Source: Sedimentisphaerales bacterium (GTDB taxonomy: Bacteria > Planctomycetota > Phycisphaerae > Sedimentisphaerales > SM23-30). From it: 64,000 nt of DNA. This document shows positions 59,601 to 64,000 of this stretch, piece by piece. The notes beneath the pieces were generated by a model. It was not told where the DNA came from and made no database searches. It saw only the letters and a list, made by a program, of their open reading frames with translations. The number at the start of each line of letters is the position of its first letter. Within the stretch, counting starts at the first letter, position 1. The translations under genes and the position numbers were made by a program. The stretch spans positions 506,135-570,134 of the forward strand of contig CAXXMR010000009.1 in the NCBI GenBank assembly GCA_963663805.2, read 5' to 3'.

Positions 59601-61231
59601 AAACTCATCAGCGACATTACCAAACCTTCACGCAGCGGGTCAATCGGCGGGTTAGTCACCTGAGCGAACATCTGTTTGAAGTAATTGAACAGTAATTTCG
59701 GACGATTCGCCAGAACCGCCAGCGGAGTATCGGTCCCCATCGAGCCAATCGGCTCCTGGCCATTGACCGCCATCGGCATCAGAATCATCCGCTGGTCTTC
59801 ACGAGTATAACCAAACATCCGCATCCGCTCATCAATCGTATCCGAAGATGTCGGTGCCGATTGCGACGGGCTGAACAAACCACGTAACTCAATACGATTC
59901 TGGTCCAGCCAGCGACGATACGGTTTCTGCCGAGACACACGGCTTTTGATTTCGTTATCGGTAATTATCCTGCCTTCTTCGGTATCCACCAGAAACATCC
60001 GACCGGGCTGAAGACGCCCCTTGCTGCGAATACGTTCCGGCGGAAAATCCACCACGCCAACTTCGCTGCCCAGAACAACCTGACCGTCATGCGTCACCAC
60101 ATAGCGGGAAGGCCGCAAACCGTTACGATCCAGCACCCCGCCCAGAATCTTACCATCAGTAAAAATCATCGCCGCCGGACCATCCCACGGCTCCATTATT
60201 GAGGAATGATATTCATAAAACGCTCGCTTGTCCCGACTGATATGATAATGAAGGCCAAAAGCCTCAGGAATCATCATCATCACCGAATGAGGCATCGAAC
60301 GACCCGTCCGAACCAACAATTCCAGAGCGTTATCAAAACAAGCTGAGTCACTGCCCGAATCACTCAAAACCGGAAATAAATCGCCTATATTCTCTCCATA
60401 TTCCTGACATGACATCCGCATCTCGCGGGCCTGCATACGGTTGCGATTGCCGCTGAGAGTGTTGATTTCACCGTTGTGAGCAATATGACGAAAAGGCTGA
60501 GCCAATTGCCAGTTCGGGAAAGTATTGGTACTGTAACGCTGATGCACAACCGCCAATGCCGATACCATTTTGGTATCCTGCAAGTCCGGGTAATAAGCGA
60601 ACAACTGCGGCGCCAGAAACATCCCTTTATAGCAAATAGTAAGGCAGGACATCGAAACTATATAAAAATCCTCAGCCTTAACACCGAGTTTTTCATGAAT
60701 CTGTTTCTCCGCCCGCTTACGGGCAATATAAAGCCTGTTGTCAAGCTCTTCATTTTTCAAACCCGCCCCATCAATAAACACCTGTTCAATGCGGGGCTCA
60801 GCCTCAGCAGCCAAATCACCCAGACACGAGGGATTGCCCGGCACTTCCCGCCAACCCAGAACAGTCATGCCATAATTGACCACCGCAGCTTCGAATATCT
60901 CCTTGCACCAGTTAGTCAAATCCTTATCTTTGGGAAAGAACACCATCGCCACGCCATAGCTGCCCGCACCGGGAAGCTTGATGCCCAGCGATGATGTCTC
61001 GTTCACAAAAAACTCGTGCGGAATCTGAAATAATATACCAGCACCGTCACCGGTAGACTCATCAGCGCCCGCCGCGCCGCGATGCTGAAGGTTCTCCAAT
61101 ATCTGACGACCCAGTTCGAGAATCCCGTGTTCTTTCTTGCCGGAGATATTCACTACGGCACCAACCCCGCAAGCGTCATGCTCACGCCGGGACTCATACA
61201 AACCCTGATCTCTGAAAGGATGTTTCGACAT
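56672..61231 (-). CDS. gltB: Glutamate synthase large subunit
   Basis: HDACGVG, HQRYSTNT, GAKPGEGG, GXGXG C-terminal domain. Confidence 0.98.
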   Translation of the reverse strand: MSKHPFRDQGLYESRREHDACGVGAVVNISGKKEHGILELGRQILENLQHRGAAGADESTGDGAGILFQIPHEFFVNETSSLGIKLPGAGSYGVAMVFFPKDKDLTNWCKEIFEAAVVNYGMTVLGWREVPGNPSCLGDLAAEAEPRIEQVFIDGAGLKNEELDNRLYIARKRAEKQIHEKLGVKAEDFYIVSMSCLTICYKGMFLAPQLFAYYPDLQDTKMVSALAVVHQRYSTNTFPNWQLAQPFRHIAHNGEINTLSGNRNRMQAREMRMSCQEYGENIGDLFPVLSDSGSDSACFDNALELLVRTGRSMPHSVMMMIPEAFGLHYHISRDKRAFYEYHSSIMEPWDGPAAMIFTDGKILGGVLDRNGLRPSRYVVTHDGQVVLGSEVGVVDFPPERIRSKGRLQPGRMFLVDTEEGRIITDNEIKSRVSRQKPYRRWLDQNRIELRGLFSPSQSAPTSSDTIDERMRMFGYTREDQRMILMPMAVNGQEPIGSMGTDTPLAVLANRPKLLFNYFKQMFAQVTNPPIDPLREGLVMSLMSFTGKQRNLLSETPEHCRQLKIPHPILTNDDMMRLREVALDDFKVATIPALFDVDAANPGQALQRGLDDLLNAAEAAIKDGASLLIVSDRGCNSQRAPIPALLATGALHHGLLGRNLRAEAGLVIETGEAREVMHFCLLCGYGANAINPYMAFEILDELRSNGDMPEEVDADQAVDNYVNAAKKGILKTISKMGISTLRSYHAAQLFEAIGLHQEVVQRCFSGTSSRISGVNFDVLAEETLCRHKSAYAKRDSMMPEIDYGGEYAFRDDGEKHMWNPVSIANMQHAARRNDPEAYQRYADSIDNEAKQRCTLRGLFEFTEGESVPLDEVEPAAEIVKRFYTGAMSHGSISKEAHEAMAIALNRVGGKSNTGEGGEDPIRYQPSEKGDDKNSAIKQVASGRFGVTIEYLSQGKMIQIKMAQGAKPGEGGHLPGHKVTDEIARLRFSTPGVTLISPPPHHDIYSIEDLAQLIYDLKCSNPGVKVSVKLVSEVGVGTVAAGVAKGNADEVLISGHDGGTGASPLSSIKYAGIPWELGLAETQQTLVLNGLRDRIEVQCDGQLKTGRDIVIAALLGAERFGFGTTALVALGCILLRKCHQGTCAVGVATQDPKLRKCFQGKPEHLVNFLMFVAEDTRGIMSRLGFRKFDDMVGHVERLRMDKAFKHWKAQGLDLSAIFKVPEGPGGQGLHCVREQANPLEGHIDWEIIKQAKNAIEKQEKTVIEMPVRNVNRTVGTILSNHIARKYGLKGLPDDTLRIRFSGSAGQSFGAFLSRGVTLELTGDSNDYVGKGLSGGRIVVKTPKGSTFEAHRNIIVGNTLLYGATSGEVFINGLAGERFAVRNSGVVAVVEGVGDHGCEYMTGGRVVVLGSTGRNFAAGMSGGIAYVLDEHQLFDTLCNLDMVDLENVWMMEDKNFLHKMIEQHHKWTGSRRAERILQSWSEMVGRFVKVIPIDYRKALERLKEREDSNTEFTPATEEVFNG

Positions 61232-61601
61232 AAATCCTCGCTGCTATCTGTATCGTGCTTCCAAACTTACCTGTCGGCGGAACATAAATAACCGCCATAA
61301 CCTATATTACTGCAACCAGGGCACTTAAAACCCCACCGTGGCCCTGCCTGGTCATATCCAGCCCGGCATCAAAGACTGGGGCCAGTCCAACAAACCCCAC
61401 GCGAACAACTTCTATTCGCGAACCCTGAATTATAGTGGCGAATACCCGCCCGGTAAAGCCAAAAATAGCTTCCCGAAAACATATGCGACCCGAATACACG
61501 AAACTGCCAATGTGCCGTTTTTCACAACACATTGGCAATATCGAAAAATATCTCAACAGAGCCCCTAACGGCCCTTCAATTCATAAGATACAACTAAAAC
61601 C

Positions 61602-63692
61602 TTAACGCATGAACAGCATCTCGGCATAGGTCGGCAAAGGCCACAATTCCGCGTCAACAATCTGCTCCAATGCGTCCGAAGCCTCACGTACAGAGTTCAT
61701 CGCCGGAATCACATCGTCACGGCAGAAATCCGCACGTTTCTGGCCGTCTGCAATCGCCGAAGCTTTATCCGCGGCAGCTTCCAAAGCCCCAACAGCCTTG
61801 CTTAGTTTAGCCGAGAGAGCCGTAGCTGCCGTCAACGTTTCCTTCTGGGCACCGGCATCGGCACCTGCCCCGCTAATCGCCTGAACAATGCCCGCCAGCT
61901 CGCCGCAGTAACCAGCCACAACCGGGGCAACCTGACGTTTGACCATCTGCAAAGTCGTCCGGGCTTCAATATTAATTACCATGTTGTAGGCTTCCAGCAG
62001 AATCTCGGTACGGGCGTGAAGCTCCTGTTTGCTCAATACACCGTGACGAACAAACAAGGCCTCATTCTCCTCCGTCGGAATCGTCGATAAAGATTCTGCC
62101 GTGGAACGAATATTCGGCAAACCACGTTTAGCCGCTTCAGTAACCCATTCATCGGTGTAGTTGTCACCATTGAAAATGATCCGCTGATGTTCCTTGGCGA
62201 TCTTGGTCAGAATAGCCTGAACATCGCTGCCCTTATCCAACTCGTCAGCGATTTCCATCAGAGAATCAGCCACGATCGTATTGAGAACAAAGTTCGGCCC
62301 CGAAGTGGACTGCGAAGAACCAACCATACGGAACTCAAAACGATTACCCGTAAAGGCGAAAGGAGACGTACGGTTACGGTCGGTGCTGTCCTTGGGCAGC
62401 GGCGGCAGCGTCGAAACACCCAACTTCAACTGACCACCAGCCCGTGAAGTCTTGGCACCACCGGAGGCCAACTGAGCAAAAATATCGGTCAACTGGTCAC
62501 CCAGGAACACCGAAACAATCGCCGGAGGAGCTTCATTAGCACCCAGGCGATGCTCATTACCAGTATTCGCGACCGAAGCCCTGAGCAGCTTGGAATTTTT
62601 ATCTACAGCACGAATGATCGCACAAAGAACGACCAGGAAAACCATGTTGTCATGCGGGGTCGAACCCGGGTCCAGCAGATTGATACCATCATCGGTACAC
62701 ATCGACCAGTTATTGTGCTTGCCGGAACCGTTAACACCGGCGAACGGTTTCTCGTGCAGCAGACACACAAAATCATTGCGCAACGCGACCTTTTGCAGCG
62801 TTTCCAGATCGTCAACTGATTATGGTCCGTAGCGACGTTCACCGTAGCGAAAATCGGGGCAATCTCGTACTGAGCCGGCGAAACTTCATTGTGCTGAGTC
62901 TTGGCCGAAACACCAAGTTTCCACAATTCAACGTTCAGCTCATGCATAAACGTCGCGACACGCTCATGCAGCGAACCAAAATAATGGTCATCCATCTCCT
63001 GGCCACGCGGCGAGGGAGCACCCAGCAGCGTACGGCCGGCCAGCATAAGGTCCAGACGTTTTTCTACAAAACTGCGGTCAATCAGAAAATATTCCTGCTC
63101 ACTGCCCTGAGTCGAAGTAACACGATTGCTGCTCGTATTGCCCAAAAGACGCAAAACCCGCATCGCCTGTTTGTTCAACGCGTCCATCGAACGCAGCAGA
63201 GGAGTCTTCTTATCCAGTGCGTGTTCGGTGTAAGAACAGAACGCACAGGGAATATAAAGCGTAATATTCTTGCCGTCTTCTTTGATAAACGCCGGAGAAG
63301 TTACATCCCACGCCGTATAACCACGGGCCTCAAAAGTCGCCCGCAGACCACCGCTGGGAAACGATGAAGCATCCGGCTCACCCTGAATCAGCTCTTTACC
63401 GCTGAACTCCAGCAAAACACCGCCCTTACCCGTCGGCGAAATAAATGAATCGTGCTTCTCAGCCGTCAAACCCGTCATCGGCTGGAACCAGTGGCAATAG
63501 TGAGTCGCCCCCTTCTCTACCGCCCAATGCTTCATAGCGTTTAGCGACAACATCCGCTACCGCAGGCTCAAGCTCACATTCGCCAGCGAGAACCTTCTGA
63601 AATGCCTTATATATATTTTTGGGCAGACGCTCACGCATTACCTCATCACTGAATACATTCAACCCGAAAATTTCCGTTACCTTATCCGACAT
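61602..63692 (-). CDS. glnA: Glutamine synthetase type III (two frameshifts, near 63545 and 62810)
   Basis: [53 protein letters not shown] across three frames. Confidence 0.9.
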
Positions 63693-63812
63693 GTCAATCT
63701 CCTATGTCTGCTGATCTAAAACCAACTACAATTTGCCTTTTTAGGCTCGGCCAGCTGTCACTTTATGTCGTCCCAACAAAACTGCAACCCAAACGACACA
63801 AAGCTACTTTTT

Positions 63813-63828
63813 AGCAATAACCATGCCA
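63813..63828 (-). promoter_or_regulatory. sigma54 (-24/-12) promoter of glnA
   Basis: TGGCATGGTTATTGCT, an exact GG-N10-GC, ~120 bp upstream of the start. Confidence 0.75.
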
Positions 63829-64000
63829 CATCATTTCAAAAGTTATAAGACTTTTATTAACAAATCTTTAAGTCAAATAAAACCCACCGTTACTTTCTCG
63901 TCAAAAATTAACAAATATGTAACAAAAACATAAAGTGTTACATTTATGTGGGCTTTTTTAAGATTTCACCGACAATTCTGTTATAATCCGATCAAAGAAA

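Noticed and set aside
55252..61231. Long plus-strand ORFs opposite gltB/gltD (and opposite the rnf genes)
   Set aside because: Antisense frames of well-conserved genes with no motifs or RBS
61602..63692. Frameshifts in glnA, istB-1, RAYT, the PEP-CTERM gene and the multidomain lyase as true pseudogenisation or recoding
   Set aside because: Most are single extra bases in short homopolymers within otherwise intact genes, so sequencing error is the simpler explanation; reads are needed to decide

Overview
Bacterial chromosome segment, probably an anaerobic planctomycete (Phycisphaerae-like; inferred from PEP-CTERM, DUF1559-type pilin-like and LamG/Ig proteins plus Rnf). The core parts hold rnfCDGE(A), an M14-type deacylase, a repeat-rich PEP-CTERM protein, an aldo/keto reductase, ndk, a cupin and ligA, then murJ, a Na/Pi cotransporter, gltD, gltB and type III glnA. 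Between ligA and murJ is a ~34 kb accessory region with an AraC-linked uronic-acid polysaccharide utilisation locus and no SusC/D (GH2, DUF2264, SSS transporter, three heparinase II/III-like lyases, pilin-like, LamG and PEP-CTERM proteins). It is surrounded by nested mobile elements: two IS21, IS110, a group II intron remnant, an rve transposase, IS4, an integrase+IS91 unit, IS66 and a RAYT remnant. The best finding is two IS110/IS1111 bridge RNAs whose guide segments can be read from the sequence. One appears programmed against the Shine-Dalgarno/start codon of a group II intron protein and sits at that spot. The other is programmed against the terminal inverted repeat of a Y1 (RAYT-type) transposase element and also sits at its target. 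A ~180 aa domain I do not recognise is shared by three secreted proteins of the glycan locus. Several single-base frameshifts in homopolymers suggest assembly errors. No rRNA, tRNA or CRISPR array was seen.
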